Shown: positions 28,050-37,259, numbered from the stretch's first letter. The stretch: DNA of 64,000 nucleotides from Candidatus Woesearchaeota archaeon (GCA_047602735.1 JBLKOK010000001.1:78261-142260), one strand, 5' to 3'. Numbers and translations are program-made. Notes: generated by a model from the letters alone, not told the origin.

Positions 28050-29033
28050 TTAAAGGTTTGCTATGAGTAAATCTTTTGTAAAACTTGTTAAAATTTCAGG
28101 TTTATTAGCTACTACAACAACGTCTTCTATCCTAATTCCTTGTTTTTTGTAAACACCTGGCTCAATTGTGATTACCTGATTTTCCTTTAGCTTGGTATTG
28201 GTTTTTCCAATTAGTGGAAACTCATGTACTTCAACACCTATACCATGACCTAAGCTATGAATGAAGTATTTGTGTTCATCTTTTAGGTATTCTTCTATGT
28301 TATTTTTTAGTGTTTTTTCTTGTACACCTGGATAAATATCTAAGATTATTTTTTGTTGAGCTTGCAAGACTAATTCATAAAGTTCTTTTTCTTTTTTAGA
28401 AGGTTTTCCTAAGTAAAAAGTTCTTGTCGCGTCACTACAATATCCTTTGTATTTAAAACCTAAATCTATTACTAAGAAACCATTAGTTAGCTTTGATGAA
28501 TTATCATGATGAGGAATACTTGAGTTTTTTCCAGAAGCAACGATTGGTTTAAATGCGAGTTCTAAGTTGTTTTTTGCTGCAAACAAGTTTATTTCTTGTT
28601 CTATGTCTTTTTCTTTTTTGTATTTCTTTTTTTTAATATTTAACCATATTAAATTAAAGCATTCATCTGCTAAAGAACATGCTTTTTTTATAAATAATAT
28701 TTCTTTTTTAGATTTTACATCTCTTATGTTTATTTCTATTTCTTTTATTCTAAATAATGATTTATGTTTTATTTTAAAAGAGGATTTGTTTACAAGTACT
28801 TTGCTCGGCAAGTTTTCTTTTTCAAAAGGTTTTATTATGAAATCAGGATTTTTGTAGTTTTCTAATGGGCTTATCAAAAGTATTGGTTTTCCTGTTCTTC
28901 TAATAAGCATATACGAGTTTTTTAGCTCTTTTCCTAAAAGCCAAAAGTGATGTGGGTCTTCATAATCTAAAAATAAGAAGTTTTCAGTTTGGTTTTTGAA
29001 TAATTTTTTTAATTTAGTAAGTTTCTCCCTCAT
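28050..29033 (-). CDS. Xaa-Pro aminopeptidase/dipeptidase (M24B)
   Basis: HSLGHGIGVEVHEFP, ITIEPGVY and IRIEDVVVV. Confidence 0.85.
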   Translation of the reverse strand: MREKLTKLKKLFKNQTENFLFLDYEDPHHFWLLGKELKNSYMLIRRTGKPILLISPLENYKNPDFIIKPFEKENLPSKVLVNKSSFKIKHKSLFRIKEIEINIRDVKSKKEILFIKKACSLADECFNLIWLNIKKKKYKKEKDIEQEINLFAAKNNLELAFKPIVASGKNSSIPHHDNSSKLTNGFLVIDLGFKYKGYCSDATRTFYLGKPSKKEKELYELVLQAQQKIILDIYPGVQEKTLKNNIEEYLKDEHKYFIHSLGHGIGVEVHEFPLIGKTNTKLKENQVITIEPGVYKKQGIRIEDVVVVANKPEILTSFTKDLLIANL

Positions 29034-29137
29034 ATATGTATTAAGTAGTACTAGTTTATAATATTAACTATGACTTAGAGCAGTATTTGTGTATCTATGA
29101 ATAAGTTTTATATACTTCTTTTTCTTTTTGGTTATTT

Positions 29138-30151
29138 ATGAAACCAGAAGAAAAATACGAGCTTATAACAAAAGATTTACAAGAAGTAGTTGGAGAAGAA
29201 GAACTTAAAGAGATTTTGAAGAAGAGAAATCTTAGAGTTTATCTTGGAACAGCAACTACAGGTAAACCTCACTTTGGATATTTTGTTCCTATGATGAAGA
29301 TAGCAGACTTTTTGAAAGCAGGAGCAGAAGTGAAGTTGTTATTTGCAGATCTTCATGGCTATTTAGATAATATGAAGAGTGATTGGGATCTTTTAGAGAA
29401 AAGAACAAGGTTTTATGAATTAGTTATTAAAGGAATGCTTAGCGTTGTAGGAGCTCCTTTAGATAAATTAGAATTTGTTAAAGGAACAGACTTTCAGTTA
29501 TCAGAAAAATATACTCTTGATATGTATAAGCTTTCAGCTATGGTTACAACAAAAGATACTCAAAAAGCAGGAGCAGAAGTTGTAAAACAAATTGAAAGCC
29601 CTAAGATGTCAGGATTATTATATCCAATATTACAAGCACTTGATGAAGAACACCTAGGCGTTGATGCGCAGTTTGGAGGAGTAGATCAAAGGAAAATATT
29701 TATGTTTGCTAGAGAGAATCTTCCAAGAATAGGATATAAGAAAAGAATACATCTTATGAGTCCTTTAATTCCAGGTCTTGGAAAGAGTGGTAAGATGAGT
29801 AGTAGTGAGCCTTCAAGTAAGATTGATTTTGACGATACAGAGAAACAGCTTAGAAAAAAAATCAATAAAGCATATTGTGAAGATGGTAACTTGGAGAATG
29901 GATTATTACCATTGTGTAAGTATTTGTTGTTTAGAGACTTAGACGAATTCGTAATTGACAGACCAGAAGAATACGGAGGAGAGATTAAGTTTAAAACATA
30001 TAAGGATTTGGAGAAAGCTTTTGAGAAAAAAGAGCTTAGTTCAATAGATTTAAAGCAAGGAGTAGTAAAATATTTGAAGAAATATGCTGATCCTATGAGA
30101 GAATTATTGTTAAAACATCAAGATTTGATTAAAGAAGCATATCCTAACTGA
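29138..30151 (+). CDS. tyrS: Tyrosyl-tRNA synthetase (archaeal type)
   Basis: [14 protein letters not shown] (HIGH-like), [10 protein letters not shown] and [11 protein letters not shown] (KMSKS). Confidence 0.9.
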   Translation: MKPEEKYELITKDLQEVVGEEELKEILKKRNLRVYLGTATTGKPHFGYFVPMMKIADFLKAGAEVKLLFADLHGYLDNMKSDWDLLEKRTRFYELVIKGMLSVVGAPLDKLEFVKGTDFQLSEKYTLDMYKLSAMVTTKDTQKAGAEVVKQIESPKMSGLLYPILQALDEEHLGVDAQFGGVDQRKIFMFARENLPRIGYKKRIHLMSPLIPGLGKSGKMSSSEPSSKIDFDDTEKQLRKKINKAYCEDGNLENGLLPLCKYLLFRDLDEFVIDRPEEYGGEIKFKTYKDLEKAFEKKELSSIDLKQGVVKYLKKYADPMRELLLKHQDLIKEAYPN

Positions 30152-30153
30152 AA

Positions 30154-30813
30154 ATGAATGAATTGATAGAAAAAACAAAACTATTTGTAAAAAAAGAATT
30201 ATTAGGAGAAACAACAGGACATGACTACTGGCATTCATTACAAGTATGGAAAAATGCTAAAAACATAGCAAAAGATAATAAGAATATAGATATGGAAATC
30301 GTGGAATTATCATCTTTACTCCATGATATTGGAGACTGGAAGCTAAATAAATGAAAAACTAATAAACAAAAAACAAAGTTATTTTTAAAAAAACAAAATC
30401 TTCCGGCTGAAAAAATAAATGCTATATTAGAAATAATAGACAATCTAGCCTATAGAGGTTCAAAAGCAAAGAAAAAACCTCTTTCTAAGGAGGGAAAAAT
30501 AGTACAAGATGCAGATAGATTAGAAGCTCTTGGAGCTATAGGTATAGCTAGAAGCTTTGCTACAGGTCAAAGACTAGGTCAAGAGATATACAACCCTAAT
30601 ATAAAGCCACTAATAAATATGAATGAAGAAGAATATAAAAAACAATATACTGGCAAGAGAAAAAACACCACAATAAATCACTTTTATGAAAAACTTTTAA
30701 TTGTAGCAGACCAGATGAATACAAAAAAAGGAAAAGAATTAGCAAAAAAAAGAAAAGAATTCATAGAGTTATATTTAGATCAGTTTTTTAGGGAATGGGA
30801 TGGAAAAAGATAA
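30154..30813 (+). pseudogene. HD-domain phosphohydrolase (YedJ-like) interrupted by one in-frame TGA at 30352..30354
   Basis: A single frame reads ...GHDYWHSLQV...LLHDIGDWKLNK-TGA-KTNKQ...EGKIVQDADRLEALGAIGIARSF...HFYEKLL... The two listed ORFs (30154..30354 and 30619..30813) and the unlisted middle part are all in the same frame. Confidence 0.7.
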
Positions 30814-31450
30814 AGAATTAAGTGAATTAATAGATTTATTTAATAAACATTTTGATAAAAAAATAGACTTAAAAAAATTAAAATTCAAAAAAATAAATTC
30901 CTCACAAGAAAATCCTTTTTTAAATTTTGTTTCTAATAGTAGATTTTCTAAGTTTTTTATGTTAAAAATAATAGATAAATTAGATAATTATAAGTTTTAT
31001 CTAGCAAATAAAAATATTAAGTTAAAACATGAAACTGCAGAAGAGGAATACATAGAAGAAGAAATAGGGCCAGGAATAATAATACGTGAATTTGAACAAG
31101 AAGAAATATTTGATAAAGTATTAGACGATCTTGGATTTGAAGTAGTAAATACAACCAAAAATCCTTATTTAGATCAAGTAGAATGGATTACTAAGAACAA
31201 TATACAAGAGTTAAATGCATCTCATCAAGACATAATAATAGCATTAAAAGAAGATTCATGTATTATTTTTTTAGAAAATGAAGTAGGCTACTATAATTTA
31301 GATATTAAAAAAGATCTAGAATATATAAGGATTATTACTAAAAGATTTTTAGATAAGAAAAAAAATCCGACGTTTATAAAACACGAAGAATATATAACTA
31401 TTTTATTAGAATTATTACCTGGAAAAGTTAAATTAAACCAGCTCACATAG
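30800..31450 (+). CDS. Hypothetical protein (216 aa)
   Basis: ORF only; it overlaps the HD gene end by 14 nt. Confidence 0.45.
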   Translation: MEKDKELSELIDLFNKHFDKKIDLKKLKFKKINSSQENPFLNFVSNSRFSKFFMLKIIDKLDNYKFYLANKNIKLKHETAEEEYIEEEIGPGIIIREFEQEEIFDKVLDDLGFEVVNTTKNPYLDQVEWITKNNIQELNASHQDIIIALKEDSCIIFLENEVGYYNLDIKKDLEYIRIITKRFLDKKKNPTFIKHEEYITILLELLPGKVKLNQLT

Positions 31451-31510
31451 AAATCTTTATAAACTAAACAATAGTAATAGTAAATATATAATTTTAAGGG
31501 TGGAAATATT

Positions 31511-31774
31511 ATGGCTGAAGATGAAAAAAAATATTCAAAACAACTTATTGGTAAAACAGTAGTTTCTAAAACAGGAAAAACATTTGGAACAGTAGGAGAC
31601 TTAGTATTTGAAACTAATTCAGGAGAATTAATTCATATCATACTTGGAAATCCAACACCATACAGCAAGAAATTAGAACTTGAAAAATCCAAGACAGGAG
31701 ACTCACTAATACCATTTTCAGCAGTTATTGCTATGGGAGATTTCTTAGTAGTTGCTGAAGAAGACATCATATAA
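31511..31774 (+). CDS. PRC-barrel domain protein
   Basis: LIGKTVVSKTGKTFGTVGDLVFETNSGELIHIIL...IPFSAVIAMGDFLVV. GGGUGG (SD-like) lies upstream. Confidence 0.75.
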   Translation: MAEDEKKYSKQLIGKTVVSKTGKTFGTVGDLVFETNSGELIHIILGNPTPYSKKLELEKSKTGDSLIPFSAVIAMGDFLVVAEEDII

Positions 31775-31775
31775 A

Positions 31776-31799
31776 TTTTTTTTATTAAAACTTTTTTTT
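31776..31799 (+). terminator. Oligo-T terminator candidates (two T8 runs) after the PRC-barrel gene
   Basis: T8 at 31776..31783 and T8 at 31792..31799, immediately after the stop codon. Confidence 0.4.
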
Positions 31800-31801
31800 C
31801 T

Positions 31802-33736
31802 TTAAAATCTTACACTTATAACATCTCTATCTATTTTGTCTGATATTTGTCTAACTTTAGCTTTTAGATCGTCATCTAGGGTTGCGTGTTGTATTTGTTG
31901 TAATAAATCTAGAACTTGACGTACATACCTAACAACGTCTCCCTCGGGCAAGTTAGAATATTCTAATAATTCGCCAAAATCACAACCATCATACCAGTTC
32001 ATTAAAAAGTTTTCAAGTAAGAATAACTGGTTTTTCCTGAAGTAATTGTAGAGTATAGTGTTATCTTTTACTTTTTTGAAAGCGGAAGTAGATATTTCTT
32101 TAGATTTAGTGTTGAATTTATGGTTTTTTCTTTCTTCATAGCATATTCTTCCAACAAATAGAAGTATTTCTTTGTTTGTGAATAAGTTCTTGTTTTTATG
32201 AGTAAATAGTTCTCCTACTAAGAGTTCTTGATTGTATATTCTCATAGAGAAAAGTCCTTTTTCTGTCAATTCAGGGCCGTTTAATCCTTGTACTATGTAG
32301 CCTTCTTTAAACAGCTTTTTTTTCTTTTTTTGAAAACTAGCTTTTATCCTGTTGCTTCCTTTTCTTCCTGCTTGTTGATAAGCATAAAAATTACTTTCAA
32401 GTATTACTTCTTGTTCTTGTTCAGTGTGACTATGGACAAGGTTTAGTATTGTGTTAAATGATAATTTAAACTGGCTTTTTAGAGGTTCTTTATCGTCTTT
32501 TACTATTCTTTCAACAGTGTTTAAGTCCATCATTGTTCTTTCAATGTTTACAATGACAAATCCTTGTTTGTCAATTCCACGTCTACCTGCTCTTCCTGCT
32601 AGTTGAAAGAATTCTTTGCTGTTTATGTACCTAAAGTTTATGCCGTCAAATTTTTCCATACTATCAAATACTACTGTTTTTGCAGGCATATTTATTCCTA
32701 CAGAAAATGTTTCTGTTGCAAACAATACTTTTATTAGTCCTTTAGAGAACAATGTTTCTACTATTTCTTTTAGTACAGGAAGTATTCCTGCGTGATGAAA
32801 CCCTATTCCTTTACTTAGTATTTCCCTTAGAGTTCTTGTAGTGTCAAGGTTTAATACAGATTCATCCGTTTCTTTTAGTCTTTCACGAACTATTTTAGAT
32901 ACTTGAAGAGCTTCATCGTTGTTTAAGTAATTATTTTTTTTAGATAATAATATTGCTTTTTTTTGTGTTTCCATCCTGCTAAAGCAAAAATATATTGCAG
33001 GTAACTTATCTTTTATCTCTTGCATAAGATCTAAGTGGCCTAGCTTTCTTTTTCTTTTGAGTTCTTCAAAGAATCTTCTTCTTTTATACTTGTATTTAGG
33101 TATTTTTTCTAATTTTTTTAGTTCTTTGAGTTCTGATAATTTAGTAAATCCTTTTTCTGAATCATAGAATGTTTGATGAAGAGGTACTGCACGTTTTTTT
33201 TCTGTAACAACATCCACATTATGTTTTTTTATAAAAGATATCCAGTTTGCAAATTGTTTGGCGTTTGGAATAGTAGCCGATAAGCATAGAAATCTTGTGT
33301 GTTCTTTGCTAAATATTATACTTTCCTCCCATACTGTTCCTCTTTCAAAGTCTCCCAAATAATGTATTTCGTCAAAAACTATGTATGCAACATCATCTAA
33401 GTCTGGATCGTTAGCTAAGAGCATATTTCTGTATATTTCCGTAGTCATAATTCTTAGAGGAGCTTCGTGATTAATTGTTACGTCTCCCGTCATTATACCT
33501 ACTTTGTCTTCGCCGTATTGTCTTTTGAAGTCAGCATATTTTTGATTAGATAAAGCTTTTATTGGCGCTGTGTAGATTATTCTTTTTCCTTGATTTAGGT
33601 ATTTGTCAATAACAAAATCTGCAATTAGTGTTTTTCCAGTTCCTGTTGCAGCACTCACAACTACGCTGTGATTGTTCTCTATAGAGTTTATTGATTCTTC
33701 TTGAAATCTGTCTAATTTAAATCCTTTAAACTTCAT
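31802..33736 (-). CDS. Ski2/Mtr4/HelY-like DExH helicase with a DSHCT-like C-terminal domain
   Basis: AATGTGKT, DEIHYLGD, SAT, the motif VI QLAGRAGRRG, and a C-terminal WYDGCDFGELLEYSNLPEGDVVRYVRQVLDLLQQI typical of DSHCT. Confidence 0.85.
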   Translation of the reverse strand: MKFKGFKLDRFQEESINSIENNHSVVVSAATGTGKTLIADFVIDKYLNQGKRIIYTAPIKALSNQKYADFKRQYGEDKVGIMTGDVTINHEAPLRIMTTEIYRNMLLANDPDLDDVAYIVFDEIHYLGDFERGTVWEESIIFSKEHTRFLCLSATIPNAKQFANWISFIKKHNVDVVTEKKRAVPLHQTFYDSEKGFTKLSELKELKKLEKIPKYKYKRRRFFEELKRKRKLGHLDLMQEIKDKLPAIYFCFSRMETQKKAILLSKKNNYLNNDEALQVSKIVRERLKETDESVLNLDTTRTLREILSKGIGFHHAGILPVLKEIVETLFSKGLIKVLFATETFSVGINMPAKTVVFDSMEKFDGINFRYINSKEFFQLAGRAGRRGIDKQGFVIVNIERTMMDLNTVERIVKDDKEPLKSQFKLSFNTILNLVHSHTEQEQEVILESNFYAYQQAGRKGSNRIKASFQKKKKKLFKEGYIVQGLNGPELTEKGLFSMRIYNQELLVGELFTHKNKNLFTNKEILLFVGRICYEERKNHKFNTKSKEISTSAFKKVKDNTILYNYFRKNQLFLLENFLMNWYDGCDFGELLEYSNLPEGDVVRYVRQVLDLLQQIQHATLDDDLKAKVRQISDKIDRDVISVRF

Positions 33737-33767
33737 ATTAAATAAAATAATAAGATATACTTATAAA
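33693..33767. repeat. 75-bp perfect direct repeat, copy 1 (first 44 nt of the helicase CDS plus 31 nt upstream)
   Basis: Base-by-base identical to 35019..35093. Confidence 0.95.
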
Positions 33768-33941
33768 ACCTTTCAAAAAGAAATAGAACTATCCCTTATT
33801 TTTTAAATAATTCCCCGCATTTTCCCTATCCGTAGATAGCCAAGCTTTAGAAATATATTTTTCACTAGCAATATAAATATGTCTTCAAGATAGTAATTCG
33901 TTTCCAAAAATTTTTTAAATATACTCAGAAATAATAAGTTT

Positions 33942-34955
33942 ATGAAACGCAATATACTCATATGGTTTGGTCTTCTGTTCGCTTGGTATATTGTCGGAAT
34001 CGTGATTACTGATTTTAGTACAGCATTTTTTTTCTTGTTGTTTCCCCCTCTTATCTTTCTTATTTCTGGATTTGTTCTTGCTCGCATGAAGCACCATAAT
34101 TTAAACGAACAAATAGAGTATGACATTTTAGAGATGAGTTTGTCAATTAGTGCTGGTGCGTTAGGGTTTGCGATTACTTTGTTTGTTATTAGTCTCTTAC
34201 TTCCTCTTCAAGGACAGCTCTTTGTAGTTACTACTCTATACATTCTTCTTGTTCCTTCGTGTCTTGTTATGAGCCTTACTACGTACCTTACTGCTAAGCG
34301 TATCGCAAATAAAACCCCTACTTCCGGAGGAATTACTGCCAGTGTTCTTTTTGCGTTACTTGTTATTGTTATAAGTATTAGCGTGTTAGTTAATCCTTCT
34401 AGCAGTTCTAGTGGTTTGTATACTTCTCTTGTTAACTTCCCCGAAACAGATGTTGAGGTTCTTAACACGATTGCTTCTCAAGATCAAAGAAGAGTAGACT
34501 TATTTATTGAGGTATATAGTTCTAATAGGAACTTTGATACGTTTACTCGTAAACAAGTAGATGATTTAATAAACAGTATTTCTGGTTCTATAAAAGAAGA
34601 CATTATTATTAGCTATATGTATGCTCAACACCTGTTATACACACAGGACTTTGAGGTGTATTCTCGAGAGGACATCTTATCTCATGAGTGTTATTATCAA
34701 TTACATCAGCAAAGAAACGATCTTTCTGGTATAGGAGGTATTATTTCTGATACTCATATTCCATATGTTATGCGAAGAATTATTTTGGCCAGTTCGCTTT
34801 CTTCTATGATTGAAATCTTCACCGATCTCTTAAGTACTAATTATTACAAAGACCTCTATGCTAATTTGTTTGCCGAATCCGAGCTTTATGAAGATCTTGT
34901 TTCTTCTCAAATAGCAAATTATTTAGTTTATTCATATATTGATTCTAGTTGTTAA
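33942..34955 (+). CDS. Membrane protein of unknown function, cargo of the repeat-bracketed insertion
   Basis: 337 aa. The N-terminal half has about 5 hydrophobic segments. The protein is Lys-poor and Ser/Leu-rich. Six of 11 Arg codons are CGN, versus mostly AGA in neighbouring genes. Confidence 0.65.
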   Translation: MKRNILIWFGLLFAWYIVGIVITDFSTAFFFLLFPPLIFLISGFVLARMKHHNLNEQIEYDILEMSLSISAGALGFAITLFVISLLLPLQGQLFVVTTLYILLVPSCLVMSLTTYLTAKRIANKTPTSGGITASVLFALLVIVISISVLVNPSSSSSGLYTSLVNFPETDVEVLNTIASQDQRRVDLFIEVYSSNRNFDTFTRKQVDDLINSISGSIKEDIIISYMYAQHLLYTQDFEVYSREDILSHECYYQLHQQRNDLSGIGGIISDTHIPYVMRRIILASSLSSMIEIFTDLLSTNYYKDLYANLFAESELYEDLVSSQIANYLVYSYIDSSC

Positions 34956-34987
34956 TACTATTATTCAAACTAAGTATTATTTTTTAT

Positions 34988-35062
34988 CTAAACACTTAGG
35001 CTTACTGGATTGATTATAGATTCTTCTTGAAATCTGTCTAATTTAAATCCTTTAAACTTCAT
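34988..35062 (-). pseudogene. Duplicated 5' remnant of the Ski2-like helicase gene
   Basis: ATG at 35062 and MKFKGFKLDRFQEE are identical to the real gene start. The sequence then diverges to a stop at 34988..34990. Confidence 0.8.
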
Positions 35063-35093
35063 ATTAAATAAAATAATAAGATATACTTATAAA
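35019..35093. repeat. 75-bp perfect direct repeat, copy 2
   Basis: Identical to 33693..33767. Confidence 0.95.
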
Positions 35094-35175
35094 TCATTCT
35101 AAAATAATTATTTTCTATATAGAAAATAAATATGAGTTAAAATAGTTAAAGATATATTTTTATATTGAGTAAGAT

Positions 35176-36093
35176 TTGTTAATAAATATGTTATGCGTAG
35201 TAGCGTTTATCGTGTTTGGAATTATGGGTATTTTTTCTTTAAAGTATAGAACACTAGCAAAAGAAGCGCTAAATTGTACTTTTCGAAGAGTTACTTTAAG
35301 AAAATGCGATACTGGTCTTGATAAAAAAGTTAAAAATATGTTTGTTGCCAAGCTTGGACGAAAACATCCACGACTTGGACGTTTTTTATATAAGTACTTT
35401 GAAGTTTTTACATGGATACTAATACTATTAACTGCTTGGTCTATGTATGAGATAGGAGTAGGAACGTATAACTATGCTGTTTACGGAAGTTGTATAAAGC
35501 CAGGAGATAGCGGAGTTTGTATTTTAAACATACAAGAGTCATTAAACCAATACTCCACTATTAGAGCAGATTATCCAGATGAGATGATTTATCCAAGCCC
35601 TAAAGGTCCAAGCATAGGTAATAGTGAATCAGATATCATAGTAATAATGTTTGGATGTTTTACTTGCCCTTATACAACACTCGCAATTCCGAAGATAGAT
35701 GAATTAATTGAAGAATACAAAGACGAAGTTTTATTTGTGTTTAAAGATTTCCCTATACTCAATCATAGATACGCATTTGAAACAGCAACATATGCAAAGT
35801 GTGCTTTAGAACAAAATAAATATTTTGAAGCAAGAACTCTAATTTACACAAATCCCTATTATCATAGCAGACCTGGTGAACTTGCAATAGAATTAAACTT
35901 AGACTTAGATTTGTTTAATGAGTGTATAAATAGTGAAGAAACTGAAAATTATGTGTTTGATGTGTTTGAAGAAGGAATTAACGCACATATTAGAGCAACC
36001 CCTACATTTTTTATTAATGAAGAAATAATAACAGGATCAAGAGATTCGGATATAGATAGAATAAGAAGAGTTATTGAAGAAGAACTAAGATGA
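35176..36093 (+). CDS. DsbA-like thioredoxin-fold oxidoreductase fused to an N-terminal two-TM Cys-containing domain
   Basis: The C-terminal domain has FGCFTCPY (CxxC) and the cis-Pro TPTFFI. The N-terminal region has 2 hydrophobic segments plus Cys pairs (NCTFRRVTLRKC and SCIKPGDSGVC). Confidence 0.7.
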   Translation: MLINMLCVVAFIVFGIMGIFSLKYRTLAKEALNCTFRRVTLRKCDTGLDKKVKNMFVAKLGRKHPRLGRFLYKYFEVFTWILILLTAWSMYEIGVGTYNYAVYGSCIKPGDSGVCILNIQESLNQYSTIRADYPDEMIYPSPKGPSIGNSESDIIVIMFGCFTCPYTTLAIPKIDELIEEYKDEVLFVFKDFPILNHRYAFETATYAKCALEQNKYFEARTLIYTNPYYHSRPGELAIELNLDLDLFNECINSEETENYVFDVFEEGINAHIRATPTFFINEEIITGSRDSDIDRIRRVIEEELR

Positions 36094-37259
36094 TATTTAA
36101 AAAAAGAGATTATAAAAAAGATTTTCCGATAGTTGATAAACATATTTATTTTGATTCAGCTTGTATGTCTTTGAGACCATATATAGTTATTGAAAAACAA
36201 AAAGAGTACTACGAAAAATATAGTTCTTGTGCAGGAAGAAGTAATCATAGTCTTTCAATTAATCTAGATAATGAGATAAGACGAGTAAGATTGCAAGTAA
36301 AAAAGTTTTTGAATGCAAAATCTGAAAGTCAAATAATATTTACAAGAAATACTACTGAAGGAATAAATATAGTTGCAAATTGTTATCCTTTTAAGAGAGG
36401 AGACGTAATATTACTTAGTGATAAAGAACACAATAGTAACTTAGTTCCATGGCAAAACGTAGCAAAAGAAAAAAAGCTTAAATTAGAATTTTTTGAACAT
36501 GGAAATCTTGTTGATTTTAGTAAAAAAATTGTTAGAACTAATTTTTTAGCAACAAACATAACTTCTAACTTAGATGGAAAAACACAAGACGTGGATAAGA
36601 TGTTAAAAGAAGCTAAAAAAAATAACGTAGTAGTGTTATTAGATGCAGCCCAATCAGTTGCTCATCAAACCACAGATGTTAGAAAACTCGGAGTTGATTT
36701 TTTGGTTTTTAGTGCTCATAAAATGATGGGACCAACAGGACTTGGAGTTCTTTATGGAAAAAAAGAATTGTTAGAAGAAATGAAACCTTACAATCTGGGT
36801 GGAGAAACAGTTATAGATACAACTTATGAAAAATACGAGCTTGCACCCTTACCTAATAAATTTGAAGCAGGACTTCAAGACTATTCAGCAATATATGCAT
36901 TTGGAGGAACAATTAATTATATCAATAAAATAGGCTTTAAAACAATAAAAAATAATGACGAAACCATATACGAAATATTAGCAAAAGGACTTAATGAAAT
37001 AGATGAATTAGTATTACTTTCTACTGAACCAGGAAACATAGTTAGTTTTTATGTTAAAAATATAGATAATCACGAAGTAGCACTCCAACTAAGTTCAAGC
37101 AATATAATGGTTAGATCAGGATATCATTGTTGTCATAGCTGGTTTAACTCAAAAAATATAGAAGGTAGTATAAGAGCTAGCTTTTATATATACAATACAA
37201 GAGAAGACGCTGAAACATTCTTAAAAGAACTTAAAAGAGTACTTACAATACTTAAATAA
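36090..37259 (+). CDS. Cysteine desulfurase (class V aminotransferase, SufS/CsdA-like)
   Basis: The PLP-Lys motif SAHKMMGPTGLGVLYG and the catalytic Cys loop VRSGYHCC. Confidence 0.8.
   Translation: MIFKKRDYKKDFPIVDKHIYFDSACMSLRPYIVIEKQKEYYEKYSSCAGRSNHSLSINLDNEIRRVRLQVKKFLNAKSESQIIFTRNTTEGINIVANCYPFKRGDVILLSDKEHNSNLVPWQNVAKEKKLKLEFFEHGNLVDFSKKIVRTNFLATNITSNLDGKTQDVDKMLKEAKKNNVVVLLDAAQSVAHQTTDVRKLGVDFLVFSAHKMMGPTGLGVLYGKKELLEEMKPYNLGGETVIDTTYEKYELAPLPNKFEAGLQDYSAIYAFGGTINYINKIGFKTIKNNDETIYEILAKGLNEIDELVLLSTEPGNIVSFYVKNIDNHEVALQLSSSNIMVRSGYHCCHSWFNSKNIEGSIRASFYIYNTREDAETFLKELKRVLTILK

Noticed and set aside
30352-30354. Genome-wide UGA reassignment or selenocysteine at the in-frame TGA
   Set aside because: TGA terminates endA, the following ORF and tyrS in this same window. 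The site lies in a variable Lys-rich linker rather than at a catalytic residue, and no Sec machinery is visible. A nonsense mutation, sequencing error or local readthrough is more likely.
33803-34126. Minus-strand ORFs 33803..34126 and 33915..34097
   Set aside because: They overlap the start of the better-supported + strand membrane-protein gene and the AT-rich spacer. They are basic low-complexity peptides and likely spurious.
33693-35093. Diversity-generating retroelement (TR/VR pair) as the explanation for the 75-bp repeats
   Set aside because: The repeats are perfect, with no adenine-specific mismatches. They cover a gene's 5' end plus promoter rather than a 3' variable region. No reverse transcriptase ORF exists in the window.
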